Below are positions 18,782 to 27,959 of a stretch of 64,000 bases of DNA, in pieces (the stretch's first letter is position 1; every line of letters begins with the position of its first letter). Below the pieces are notes generated by a model. It was not told where the DNA came from. It worked only from the letters and a program-made list of their open reading frames with translations, and ran no database searches. Both the position numbers and the translations under genes were made by a program. The stretch lies in the NCBI GenBank assembly GCA_902801845.1, contig CADCJW010000001.1, positions 16,376-80,375 of the forward strand, given 5' to 3'. Origin of the DNA: an uncultured Eubacteriales bacterium. Lineage in GTDB: Bacteria > Bacillota > Clostridia > Christensenellales > CAG-138.

Positions 18782-19624
18782 ATGTATCGCATCGTCAAAA
18801 AGGAACCTTTGAACCCCTCGGTGACCCGCATGAGCATCGAAGCACCCCTGGTGGCCCAAAAGGTCCAGCCGGGCCAGTTCATCATCCTGCGGGTGGAGGA
18901 AAACGGGGAGCGCATCCCGCTGACCGTGGCCGGCTATGATCGAAAAGCGGGCACCGTGGATATCATCTTCCAGATCGTCGGCGCCACCACGGAGAAGCTG
19001 AACCATAAGCGGCAGGGGGAGTCCATCCCCGATTTCGTCGGTCCCCTGGGCAAGCCCACCGAAACGGAAGGGCTCAAACGCGTGGCGGTCATCGGCGGCG
19101 GCGTGGGCTGCGCCATCGCCTTCCCGGTGGCGAAAAAGCTCTTCGAGCAGGGCTGCGAGGTGGACGCGATCACGGGATTCCGCTGCAGGGATCTGGTCAT
19201 CTTGGAGGATGAGTTCAGGGCCAACAGCACCAACTTCGTCCCCGTCAGCGACGATGGCTCCTGGGGCGAGAAGGGGCTGGTCACCGACGCCCTGAAAAAG
19301 CTGATCGACAGCGGGCGGACCTACGATCAGGTCATCGCCATCGGGCCCCTCATCATGATGAAATTCGTTTGTCGTCTCACCAAGGCCTACGGTATCAAGA
19401 CCGTGGTCTCCATGAACCCCATCATGATCGACGGCACGGGCATGTGCGGCTGCTGCCGGTTGACCGTGGGCGGAAAGATGAAATTCGCCTGCGTGGACGG
19501 GCCGGATTTTGATGGCCACCAGGTAGACTTCGACGAGGCCATGGCCCGTTGCGCTGCCTACAAGCCCTTTGAGCAGAAGGCCCGTGAAGCGGCCTGTAAT
19601 CTGTTTTCCATGGAGGTGAAGTAA
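18782..19624 (+). CDS. nfnA: NfnA-type FAD/NAD(P)-binding ferredoxin reductase subunit (sulfide/dihydroorotate dehydrogenase-like)
   Basis: FNR-like fold of about 280 aa with a C-terminal Cys cluster (CGCCRL..C). Paired with the 463-aa GltA-like subunit. Confidence 0.75.
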   Translation: MYRIVKKEPLNPSVTRMSIEAPLVAQKVQPGQFIILRVEENGERIPLTVAGYDRKAGTVDIIFQIVGATTEKLNHKRQGESIPDFVGPLGKPTETEGLKRVAVIGGGVGCAIAFPVAKKLFEQGCEVDAITGFRCRDLVILEDEFRANSTNFVPVSDDGSWGEKGLVTDALKKLIDSGRTYDQVIAIGPLIMMKFVCRLTKAYGIKTVVSMNPIMIDGTGMCGCCRLTVGGKMKFACVDGPDFDGHQVDFDEAMARCAAYKPFEQKAREAACNLFSMEVK

Positions 19625-19625
19625 G

Positions 19626-21017
19626 ATGCCCAATATGAGGAATACAAAGAATCCTATGCCCAGTCAGGAGCCTCTGGTGCGGGCGCACAACTTCACCGAA
19701 GTGGCCCTGGGGTATTCGGAGGCTATGGCCCTGGACGAGGCCCAGCGGTGTCTCAACTGCAAGAATTCCCCCTGTGTGCAGGGATGTCCGGTGAACATCC
19801 ACATCCCCAATTTTATCACCAGGATCCGTGAGGGCGACTTTGAGGGTGCCTACCAGATCATCTCCGCGGACAGCGCTCTGCCCGCCGTCTGCGGCCGCGT
19901 CTGTCCCCAGGAAAGCCAGTGCGAGAAATACTGCGTCCGGGGCATCAAGGGGGAACCGGTGGGCATCGGGCGGCTGGAGCGGTTTGTAGCGGACTATCAT
20001 ATCGCCCAAGGGACGGGCGAAGCCTTTTTGCCGGAGAAGAACGGGCACAAGGTGGCCGTCGTGGGCTCCGGCCCGGCGGGCCTGACCTGTGCGGGGGATC
20101 TGGCCCGCAAGGGCTATGACGTCACCGTGTTCGAGGCATTGCATGTGGCCGGCGGGGTGCTGAGCTACGGCATCCCCGAGTTCCGTCTGCCCAAGGCCAT
20201 CGTGAAGGGGGAGATCCAGGGCCTTGAGAGGATGGGCGTGAAATTCCTCACCAACATGGTCATCGGTCGGGTGCTCTCCATCCAGGAGCTGATGGAAGAG
20301 GAGGGCTTCGAGGCGGTGTTCATCGGCTCCGGGGCAGGGCTGCCCAAGTTCATGAACATCCCCGGCGAAAACCTGAAGGGCGTCTATTCTGCCAACGAGT
20401 TTTTGACCCGAGTCAATCTCATGAAGGCCTATGAGCCAAACGCCAACACCCCCATCCAGCATGCCCAGCACGTGACCGTGGTGGGCGGTGGCAACGTGGC
20501 CATGGACGCGGCCCGGTGCGCTCTGCGATTGGGGGCGGCATCCGTCACCATCGTCTATCGCCGCTCCCTGGAGGAGCTTCCCGCCCGGAAGGAGGAGGTG
20601 GAGCACGCCATGGAGGAGGGCATCGTCTTCAAGCTCCTGAACAACCCCGTAGAGCTGATCGGCGACGACGATCGCAACGTGGTGAAGATGCGCTGCATCC
20701 GGATGGAGCTGGGAGAGCCGGACGCCTCCGGTCGCCGTCGGCCCATCGAAGTGCCCGGCAGCGAATTCGAGCTGGAGACGGATTGCGTCATCATGGCCCT
20801 GGGCACCAGCCCCAATCCCCTCATCAAGTCCACCACCGAGGGGCTGGGCACCCATAAGTGGGGCGGCATCATCACCGACGAGGATGGCCTCACCACCTGT
20901 CAGGGCGTATACGCCGGCGGCGACGCGGTCACCGGTGCCGCCACGGTCATCTTGGCCATGGGGGCGGGGAAGAAGGCTGCCGCCGCCATGGACCGCTATA
21001 TCCAAAGCAAATCATGA
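19626..21017 (+). CDS. nfnB: NfnB / homotetrameric-type NADPH-dependent glutamate synthase-like subunit
   Basis: CLNCKNSPCVQGCPV and CGRVCPQESQCE Fe-S motifs. Two dinucleotide folds: VAVVGSGPAGL and VTVVGGGNVAMD. Confidence 0.8.
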   Translation: MPNMRNTKNPMPSQEPLVRAHNFTEVALGYSEAMALDEAQRCLNCKNSPCVQGCPVNIHIPNFITRIREGDFEGAYQIISADSALPAVCGRVCPQESQCEKYCVRGIKGEPVGIGRLERFVADYHIAQGTGEAFLPEKNGHKVAVVGSGPAGLTCAGDLARKGYDVTVFEALHVAGGVLSYGIPEFRLPKAIVKGEIQGLERMGVKFLTNMVIGRVLSIQELMEEEGFEAVFIGSGAGLPKFMNIPGENLKGVYSANEFLTRVNLMKAYEPNANTPIQHAQHVTVVGGGNVAMDAARCALRLGAASVTIVYRRSLEELPARKEEVEHAMEEGIVFKLLNNPVELIGDDDRNVVKMRCIRMELGEPDASGRRRPIEVPGSEFELETDCVIMALGTSPNPLIKSTTEGLGTHKWGGIITDEDGLTTCQGVYAGGDAVTGAATVILAMGAGKKAAAAMDRYIQSKS

Positions 21018-21039
21018 TGGCCCAAAAGATATATTTTTC

Positions 21040-21068
21040 TTGACAATGACCCTGGTTTGGAGTATTGT
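21040..21068 (+). promoter_or_regulatory. candidate sigma-A promoter
   Basis: TTGACA, 17 nt, TATTGT, upstream of the CofE-like gene. Confidence 0.5.
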
Positions 21069-21106
21069 ATATTCTGTTTTTTGCCAATAGAAAAGGAGAA
21101 AAAGCT

Positions 21107-22288
21107 ATGGCCGGTACGATTTCACGGGGCATTCGCGCCCCCATCATTCGCCAGGGAGACGACATCGTCTCCGTCGTTGTGGACTCTGTGCTCGAAGCGG
21201 CGCAAAAAGAACAATTCGTCATCCGTGATCGGGATGTGGTGGCGGTGACCGAGGCCGTCGTGGCCCGGGCCGACGGCAACTATTGCACCACGGATCACAT
21301 TGCTCGCGACGTGCAGCGGAAGCTGGGCGACACCTTGGGCGTGGTCTTTCCCATCCTGAGCCGCAATCGGTTCGCCATCTGCCTGAGGGGCATCGCCCGC
21401 GGCGCCAAGAAGGTGGTCGTGCTGCTCTCCTACCCGGCGGACGAGGAGGGGAACCATCTGGTGGACGAGGACGCTTTGCTGGATTCCGGTTTGAATCCCT
21501 ATTCGGATGTTCTGTCCGAGGCGGAATTCATCCGTCTCTTCGGAGAGCCCAAGCACACCTTCACCGGGGTCAACTACGTGGACTACTATCGCAGCCTCAT
21601 CGAGGAGGAGGGGGCGGAGGCCCAGATCCTCTTCGCCAACGATCCCACGGCCGTCCTCGCTTATACGGACACGGTCCTGTGCGCCAACATCCACGAGCGG
21701 GAGCGGACGAAGAAGCGGCTTTTGAAGGCCGGCGCGAAGAAGGCTTTGGCCCTGTGCGACATCATGAACGAGTCCATCGACGGCAGCGGCTATCAGCCGG
21801 AGTTTGGGCTCCTGGGCTCCAACAAGGCCACGGAGAACACCATCAAGCTCTTCCCGAAGAACGCCCAGGAGGTGGCCGAGGCCATCCAGGCGGAGTTCAT
21901 CGCCCGGACCGGCGTCCATGTGGAAGCCATGGTCTATGGCGACGGTGCCTTCAAGGATCCGGTGGGCAAGATTTGGGAGCTGGCCGACCCGGTGGTTTCG
22001 CCCGGCTTCACGGCGGGGCTCAACGGCCTGCCCAACGAGCTCAAGCTCAAGTATCTGGCGGACAACGATTTCAAGGATCTGAGCGGCGCGGACCTTCGCC
22101 AGGCGATCCAGCAGCGGATCCGGGAGAAGAACGCCAGCTTGAAGGGACAGATGGTCTCCCAGGGCACCACGCCCCGGCGGCTCACGGACCTGATCGGCTC
22201 CCTGTGCGACCTTACCAGCGGCAGCGGCGACAAGGGAACGCCCATCGTCTTGGTACAGAACTATTTCAACAACTACGCTGACGCGTAA
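21107..22288 (+). CDS. CofE/FbiB-like (F420-0:gamma-glutamyl ligase family) protein
   Basis: N-terminus MAGTISRGIRAPIIRQGDDI..VAVTEAVVARA is typical of the COG1478 family. AAGGAG RBS. Family assignment is from memory only. Confidence 0.6.
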   Translation: MAGTISRGIRAPIIRQGDDIVSVVVDSVLEAAQKEQFVIRDRDVVAVTEAVVARADGNYCTTDHIARDVQRKLGDTLGVVFPILSRNRFAICLRGIARGAKKVVVLLSYPADEEGNHLVDEDALLDSGLNPYSDVLSEAEFIRLFGEPKHTFTGVNYVDYYRSLIEEEGAEAQILFANDPTAVLAYTDTVLCANIHERERTKKRLLKAGAKKALALCDIMNESIDGSGYQPEFGLLGSNKATENTIKLFPKNAQEVAEAIQAEFIARTGVHVEAMVYGDGAFKDPVGKIWELADPVVSPGFTAGLNGLPNELKLKYLADNDFKDLSGADLRQAIQQRIREKNASLKGQMVSQGTTPRRLTDLIGSLCDLTSGSGDKGTPIVLVQNYFNNYADA

Positions 22289-22303
22289 GCTATCCAAATA
22301 ATT

Positions 22304-22327
22304 GCCCGCTTTCGAGCGGGCTTTTTT
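22304..22327 (+). terminator. intrinsic terminator
   Basis: GCCCGC-TTTCGA-GCGGGC followed by TTTTTT. Confidence 0.85.
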
Positions 22328-22399
22328 ATATGCGCACCATATTGAAATTCAGAGTCTGATCGGCTATTATTATGATAAATACTGTCGGAGATGAGAGCT

Positions 22400-23548
22400 A
22401 TGAACGAAAAAGAAAAGCTGGCGTATATTCTGAAACAATTTCGCATCGAAGGCGATATACTGGTCTATCGCTGGATCCCGTCGGGGCATATCAACACGGC
22501 GTATTACGTCGCCGTGTATAACGGAAAAGAGATGTATCAGTTCCTCGTCCAGCGGGTGAATACCTATGTTTTTCGGGATCCGGTGGGCATGATGCGCAAC
22601 ATAGAGCTGTTGACGGAGCATGTGCGGAAGGCAGAACCGAAGATGGAGAAGCGGCGCCGGCTTCATTTTCGGCACACCCAGGATCGCCGCAACTATATTG
22701 TGCTCCAGGACGGGGTGGCCATGGGGCCGGATGAACCCTTCGATCCCCTGGACGAGCGGTATGAGTTTTGGCGGGTGTACAACTTTATCGAGTACAGCAA
22801 GAACTTCGAGACTTCGGAGGGGAATCCGGAGGTTCTGCGCATGAGCGGGAAGGCCTTCGGGAAGTTCCTTCGTCAGCTTTCCGATTTCGACGCGTCCCAG
22901 CTCATCGAGAGCATCCCCCATTTCCATGATACGGCATACCGTCTGCAGGCATTCTTTGACGCGGTGGCCGCCGATCCCTGCGGCCGGGCTTCCGCCTGCC
23001 AAAAGGAGATACAGACCATACGGGACAATGCGGACTTCGGCTGTACCCTTTGCCGCCAGATCGAAAGGGGAGAGCTACCCATCCGCGTGACGCACAACGA
23101 CACGAAGACCAATAACATCCTGTTCGATGTGGATACCCTTGATCCGCTGGTGATCATTGATTTGGACACCTGCATGCCGGGGCTCGCCTGCTACGATTTT
23201 GGGGATACGATCCGTTTTGCGGCCTGCACGGCGGAGGAGGATCAGCCCGAGGGTATGGGCCTCGACCTTGAACTGATGAAAGCGTACACGGAAGGGTATC
23301 TGAGCGAAGCGGGAAGCATACTGACGGAAAATGAGTTGGAAAGTCTTCCCACCGGCGCGGCCGTGATCACGCTGGAGCTCGCAAGCCGCTTCCTGCTGGA
23401 TTACCTGGTGGGGGATAAGTATTTTCGGATCGATCATGAGGATCAAAATCTGAAAAGAGCCCAGGCGCAGCTGAAGCTGTTTCAGGATATGATGCTTCAT
23501 ATGGACGATATGAAGCAGATAATTCGATCGATCGCATCGAAGCATTAA
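22400..23548 (+). CDS. APH-fold sugar/small-molecule kinase, N-acetylhexosamine-1-kinase (NahK)-like
   Basis: THNDTKTNNILFD (HxDxxxxN catalytic loop) and IIDLDTCMPG..YDFGD. Start moved to MNEKEK, which has better GGAG spacing. Confidence 0.7.
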   Translation: MNEKEKLAYILKQFRIEGDILVYRWIPSGHINTAYYVAVYNGKEMYQFLVQRVNTYVFRDPVGMMRNIELLTEHVRKAEPKMEKRRRLHFRHTQDRRNYIVLQDGVAMGPDEPFDPLDERYEFWRVYNFIEYSKNFETSEGNPEVLRMSGKAFGKFLRQLSDFDASQLIESIPHFHDTAYRLQAFFDAVAADPCGRASACQKEIQTIRDNADFGCTLCRQIERGELPIRVTHNDTKTNNILFDVDTLDPLVIIDLDTCMPGLACYDFGDTIRFAACTAEEDQPEGMGLDLELMKAYTEGYLSEAGSILTENELESLPTGAAVITLELASRFLLDYLVGDKYFRIDHEDQNLKRAQAQLKLFQDMMLHMDDMKQIIRSIASKH

Positions 23549-23573
23549 CCATTCCTACGAAAAGGCGGTCAAC

Positions 23574-25658
23574 ATGAATTACGAAGAAACCATAGCTTAT
23601 ATCCACAATGCATATTGGAAGGGCACCAAGGACGGGCTCTCCCGGACGCGGGAGCTGCTCTCCTTGTTAGGCGACCCGCAGGATGAATTGAAGTTCATCC
23701 ACGTGGCGGGAACCAACGGCAAGGGCTCCACCTGCGCTATGCTGGCCGCCATTCTGCAGGCAGCAGGGTACAAAACGGGGTTGTACACCTCGCCCTTTGT
23801 GAACCGATTTAACGAACGCATCGCTCTGAACGGAACGCCCATTTCGGATGACGATCTGGTGGACGTTTTCGAGCGTATCCGCCCCATTGTGGATGCCATG
23901 GAGAATCCGCCATCCGAGTTTGAGCTGATCACTTGCGCAGCCATGCTCTATTATAAGGAGCAAAAATGCGATGTGGTGGTGCTGGAGGTGGGCATGGGCG
24001 GAGAATTCGACTCCACCAACGTGATCAAAACTCCGCTGCTCACCGTGATCACCGCCATGGGCTTCGACCATATGAAGTACCTGGGCAACACCATGACCGA
24101 GATCGCTTCCGCCAAGGCGGGCATCATCAAGCCGAACGGCACCACGCTGATCTACGGACAGAACCCCGAGGCGGACAAGGTGTTTGCCGATACCTGTCGG
24201 GCCAGGCATTCAAAGCTGATCGTGACCGACCACAGCCGGATCACGGACCACGCCCACACCCTCAAGGGCCATGATCTATCCTTCGGTCCCTATGAGCATA
24301 TCCATCTGCCGCTGATCGGCAGCCACCAGGTCAAGAACGCCGCCGTTGTGCTGACGGCGGTGGAGGAGCTGAAGAAAGCGGGCCTGTCCATCCCCGACGG
24401 AGCGGTCTATGAGGGCATGGCTTCGGTCCGCTGGCCGGCCCGCATGGAGCTGCTGTCGGAAAAACCGGTGTTCCTGCTGGACGGCGGGCACAACCCTCAC
24501 GGCTTTCGTGCCGCCGCCGAGACGCTGCGGGAGCTGTTTCCTGAGCGGAAGGTGACCGTGATGATGGGAGTCATGGCGGATAAGGATCACGGGGATATGA
24601 TCCGGCAGCTGCTGCCCCTGACCAAGCGCTTTTTCACCGTTCAGCCCGATTCGCCCCGGGCCATGACCGCCGTAGATTTGGCGGAGGAGATCCGCGCCCT
24701 GGGTGGTGAGGCCATACCGGCGGGATCGGTGAAGGATGGGATCGATCGCATGCTGCATGACGCCGGGCCGGAGGACGTGCTCCTGGCCATTGGGTCTCTG
24801 TATATGGCCGGGGACGTTCGCACCGCCATGGGGAAAGGCGCGCAAAAGATGGACATTCGGCTGGTAGCCCTGGACATCGACGACACGCTGGTGGATCGTT
24901 CCTCCATCGTGCCGGAGCGTTCCTTACAGGTCCTGCGCCGAGCCCAGGCCCAGGGCGTGGAGATCGTTTTAGCTACCGGCCGGGGATATTTGGGCACGGA
25001 ATCCATCCGCAAACAGCTGGGAGATGGGTTCCATTACATCATCTGCTTCGGCGGCGCCCTGGTGGCGGATTACGATACGGGCGCGCCCCGCATCCATCGG
25101 TTTTTGTCGGAGGAGGACGTGGCGATCTGCGTCCGCATCGCCAACGAGTTGGGACTCCATGTACAGATCTATCAGGGGGACGAGGTGATCTTCCAACGCA
25201 TGACCCCCTTCGCCGAGGAATACTGCGCCTATCAAAAGCTGCCTTGGCGTGTGGATGTGGACATGCTCCAGCATGACTTGAGCAACGTGCCCAAGGTGCT
25301 GATCTATGCGCCCCCGGAAGAGGAGGAGCTATACAAAAAGAAGGTGGCGGACCGCCTGCCCAAGCATCTCCATGCCCTGGGATCCAAGCCCGGGTTCATC
25401 GAGATCGGCGATATTTCCGTGACGAAAGGCTCGGCTTTGAAGGCGCTGTCGGAGGCGCTGGGTTTGAAGCGGGAGCAAACCGCGGCCATCGGAGACAACA
25501 CCCTGGACCAGGACATGATCGAATGGGCGGGCGTGGGCTGCTGCGTACAAAACGGAAAGCCCTCCGTCCAGGCCGTGGCTGACAGGATCATCCCTGCGCA
25601 GGCAGAGGAGGGCGTGGCCTGGTTTCTGGAGAACCAGGTGTTGAAGGATCAGGATTGA
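23574..25658 (+). CDS. folC: fusion protein: folylpolyglutamate/dihydrofolate synthase (FolC) plus Cof-type HAD-IIB phosphatase
   Basis: N-terminal part of about 425 aa has VAGTNGKGST and Mur-ligase-like domains. The C-terminal part of about 265 aa has LDIDDTL (DxDxT), ATGR and GDNTLDQDM. One uninterrupted frame. Confidence 0.8.
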   Translation: MNYEETIAYIHNAYWKGTKDGLSRTRELLSLLGDPQDELKFIHVAGTNGKGSTCAMLAAILQAAGYKTGLYTSPFVNRFNERIALNGTPISDDDLVDVFERIRPIVDAMENPPSEFELITCAAMLYYKEQKCDVVVLEVGMGGEFDSTNVIKTPLLTVITAMGFDHMKYLGNTMTEIASAKAGIIKPNGTTLIYGQNPEADKVFADTCRARHSKLIVTDHSRITDHAHTLKGHDLSFGPYEHIHLPLIGSHQVKNAAVVLTAVEELKKAGLSIPDGAVYEGMASVRWPARMELLSEKPVFLLDGGHNPHGFRAAAETLRELFPERKVTVMMGVMADKDHGDMIRQLLPLTKRFFTVQPDSPRAMTAVDLAEEIRALGGEAIPAGSVKDGIDRMLHDAGPEDVLLAIGSLYMAGDVRTAMGKGAQKMDIRLVALDIDDTLVDRSSIVPERSLQVLRRAQAQGVEIVLATGRGYLGTESIRKQLGDGFHYIICFGGALVADYDTGAPRIHRFLSEEDVAICVRIANELGLHVQIYQGDEVIFQRMTPFAEEYCAYQKLPWRVDVDMLQHDLSNVPKVLIYAPPEEEELYKKKVADRLPKHLHALGSKPGFIEIGDISVTKGSALKALSEALGLKREQTAAIGDNTLDQDMIEWAGVGCCVQNGKPSVQAVADRIIPAQAEEGVAWFLENQVLKDQD

Positions 25659-26533
25659 ACGGTGACTTCGTCGGAGAATTCCGGCGTATAGGCGAATGTG
25701 GCGGACTGGGCCTCCTGGATGAAGACCCGGGTGAAGCCAAGATCCAGACAGGTCCGGATCGCGTTTTCATATTCCCGCTTCGTCAGCCGCCGATCGAGGG
25801 GCGGCTGGGCGTCCGGCTGGGGCGTGAACTGATGCATCAGGGATATATAGGTCTCCGTTCCGAAATGGGCCGCGATGGCGGAGAGGATGTCTCGGGTATC
25901 GTACACACAGGCAGGCAGCACAAGGTGTCGAATCAGGACACCTTGTTTTGCTTTTCCTGTTTCATCCAAAAGGAGTTGTCCGCTATGCTCCAGCATGCGG
26001 CCGATAGCAGCGAGCGCGATCTCAAAGTATCGGGGCGCCTTGGAAAACCTGTCCGCCAGCCGCTGATCGTGATATTTGAAGTCTGGGAGCCAGATATCCA
26101 CATATTTTGACAACTTATCCACAGTATCCACAGACAAATATCCGTTGGTGTTGTAGACGATGGGCAGGGTCAGTCCCTTGCTTTTTGCTAAATCGATAGC
26201 CGTTATGATGCCCTCCACATGGGGTGTGGGGGTGACGAGATTGATGTTCTCCGCGCCGATCTTCTCCAGGTCGAGCATGGCCTGTGCCAACTCCTCCGGA
26301 GTAAAGACCTGGCCCAGGGACCCGGATTGCAGGACCTTGTTTTGACAAAAAACGCATCTTAGGTTGCAACCGGAAAAGAAAACGCCGCCGGAACCGCCCG
26401 TGCCGCAGATACAGGGCTCCTCGAAGCGATGGAGCCCGATGCGGGCGATGCGCATGCCGTCCGTGCAGCCGCAAAAGCCTTTTTGTCTATGCCGATCCAC
26501 GGCGCATTGCCTGGGGCACAGATCACAGCTCAT
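25649..26533 (-). CDS. radical SAM protein, PflX-like (COG1313)
   Basis: CNLRCVFCQN (CxxxCxxC) and an N-terminal CDLCPRQC..C cluster. Start set to MSCDLC, forming an ATGA overlap with the stop of the upstream P60 gene. Confidence 0.8.
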   Translation of the reverse strand: MSCDLCPRQCAVDRHRQKGFCGCTDGMRIARIGLHRFEEPCICGTGGSGGVFFSGCNLRCVFCQNKVLQSGSLGQVFTPEELAQAMLDLEKIGAENINLVTPTPHVEGIITAIDLAKSKGLTLPIVYNTNGYLSVDTVDKLSKYVDIWLPDFKYHDQRLADRFSKAPRYFEIALAAIGRMLEHSGQLLLDETGKAKQGVLIRHLVLPACVYDTRDILSAIAAHFGTETYISLMHQFTPQPDAQPPLDRRLTKREYENAIRTCLDLGFTRVFIQEAQSATFAYTPEFSDEVTVQS

Positions 26534-27840
26534 GATGGCCTCCGTCCGCAAACAAAGTTTCTTTCCCAGTATTCCTGATGCAGGTTGCTCTTGGCCACCT
26601 TACCCTTGGAAGAGGAGGCATGAATCATGGTACCGTTGCTGATGCAGATGCCGGTATGTTTCACGCTGTTGCTGGAATCGCTCTTGAAGAAGACCAGATC
26701 GCCGGCCTTCAGATCCTTCATGGAGGTGATCAGCTTCCAGCTTTTGGTTTGAGAGAATCCGCTGGCGTTGTGCCGGCTGACGTTGTGGCCGCTTTGCTTG
26801 AGACAGTAATATACGAGGCCGGAGCAATCGAAGGCGTCCGGGCCTTCCGCACTCCACTCATAGGGCTTGCCCAGCTGATCCTGGGCCGCGGCGACCAGGC
26901 TCGAATAGGTCTTTTTGCCGGAGGAGGCCTTCTTTTCTGTGGGCTTGGGCGTAGCCTTGGCGGTGGCTTTGCCTGTAGCCTTTGTTTCTGTTTTAGATGT
27001 GGCCTTAGATGTCGCCTTTGGAGTAGCCTTCCCTGGTTTTTTAGTGGTTGTCTTGGCCGTCTGGTTGGACGATGGCCGTCGCGTAGGCTTGGGGGAGGGC
27101 GTGTCCGTGGGCAAAGCGGGCAGGGGCTGTGCGTCATCCGAATAGAGGATGACCCAGGCGTCGTAGTCCAGCTCTCCGCTGACGGTGAGCCCGTTGACGG
27201 CCTGGAAGCGCATCACGGCTTGCTCCGTATTGGGACCGAAATAGCCGTTGATCCGGTCCGTATAGTATCCGAGTTCATAGAGCCTCTGCTGAAGTCGCAG
27301 CACGTCGGTGCCCGTGTCAGATCGTTTGATGCGATAGGTCTGGGCGTGGTCCGCGTATAGAGAGGTCTGGGTGGCGCTGTCGGCGATGCCGGTCTGGGGC
27401 ATCTCGCAGGCCCGCTGGAAGAGGACCACGGCGCTGGCGATGGAATCGTTGTATATGGAGCCGGGCATGTCAGAATCCAGGTACCCCAGATCCGTTAGCC
27501 GCTGCTGCAGGTTGATGACGGACGCGTTGTCATCGCCCAGTCGCAGCGTCGTATAGACCGAAAGGACCACCACGTCAGAGGGGGGCGTCGTGGGTCCGTT
27601 GGAAGGGGCGAGGGTGGGGGCAGGCGTAGGCGTAAAGGTGGGGGCCGGCGTGGGCGTAGGCGGTACGGCGGTGACTTCTCCTGAATAAAGCGGTCTGGAG
27701 ATATCGGCAACGGAACTGATGGTGAACACGTCTCGGGCGATCAAAGGAACGTAAATCAAGGCGATCAACGCGCCGATGACGATGATGCCGATCAGGATAC
27801 GAGGCAGGATATGTATATAAGGCAGTTTACGGTGTTTCAT
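26530..27840 (-). CDS. NlpC/P60 (C40) peptidoglycan endopeptidase with two PG-binding domains
   Basis: FDCSGLVYY (catalytic Cys) and HTGICI..IHAS. Two LQQRL..LGY PG_binding_1 repeats. N-terminal TM segment and a Lys/Thr/Ala-rich linker. Confidence 0.85.
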   Translation of the reverse strand: MKHRKLPYIHILPRILIGIIVIGALIALIYVPLIARDVFTISSVADISRPLYSGEVTAVPPTPTPAPTFTPTPAPTLAPSNGPTTPPSDVVVLSVYTTLRLGDDNASVINLQQRLTDLGYLDSDMPGSIYNDSIASAVVLFQRACEMPQTGIADSATQTSLYADHAQTYRIKRSDTGTDVLRLQQRLYELGYYTDRINGYFGPNTEQAVMRFQAVNGLTVSGELDYDAWVILYSDDAQPLPALPTDTPSPKPTRRPSSNQTAKTTTKKPGKATPKATSKATSKTETKATGKATAKATPKPTEKKASSGKKTYSSLVAAAQDQLGKPYEWSAEGPDAFDCSGLVYYCLKQSGHNVSRHNASGFSQTKSWKLITSMKDLKAGDLVFFKSDSSNSVKHTGICISNGTMIHASSSKGKVAKSNLHQEYWERNFVCGRRPS

Positions 27841-27959
27841 GCATCATTTCCTCAGCATCAGTATACAGGAGATGACCTTTTTCGTCATGTCCAAAGTTTG
27901 AATTTTTTGCAAAAGGTTCCCAATATCCATATTGTGTGCTATACTGCATTTGTAAAAGT

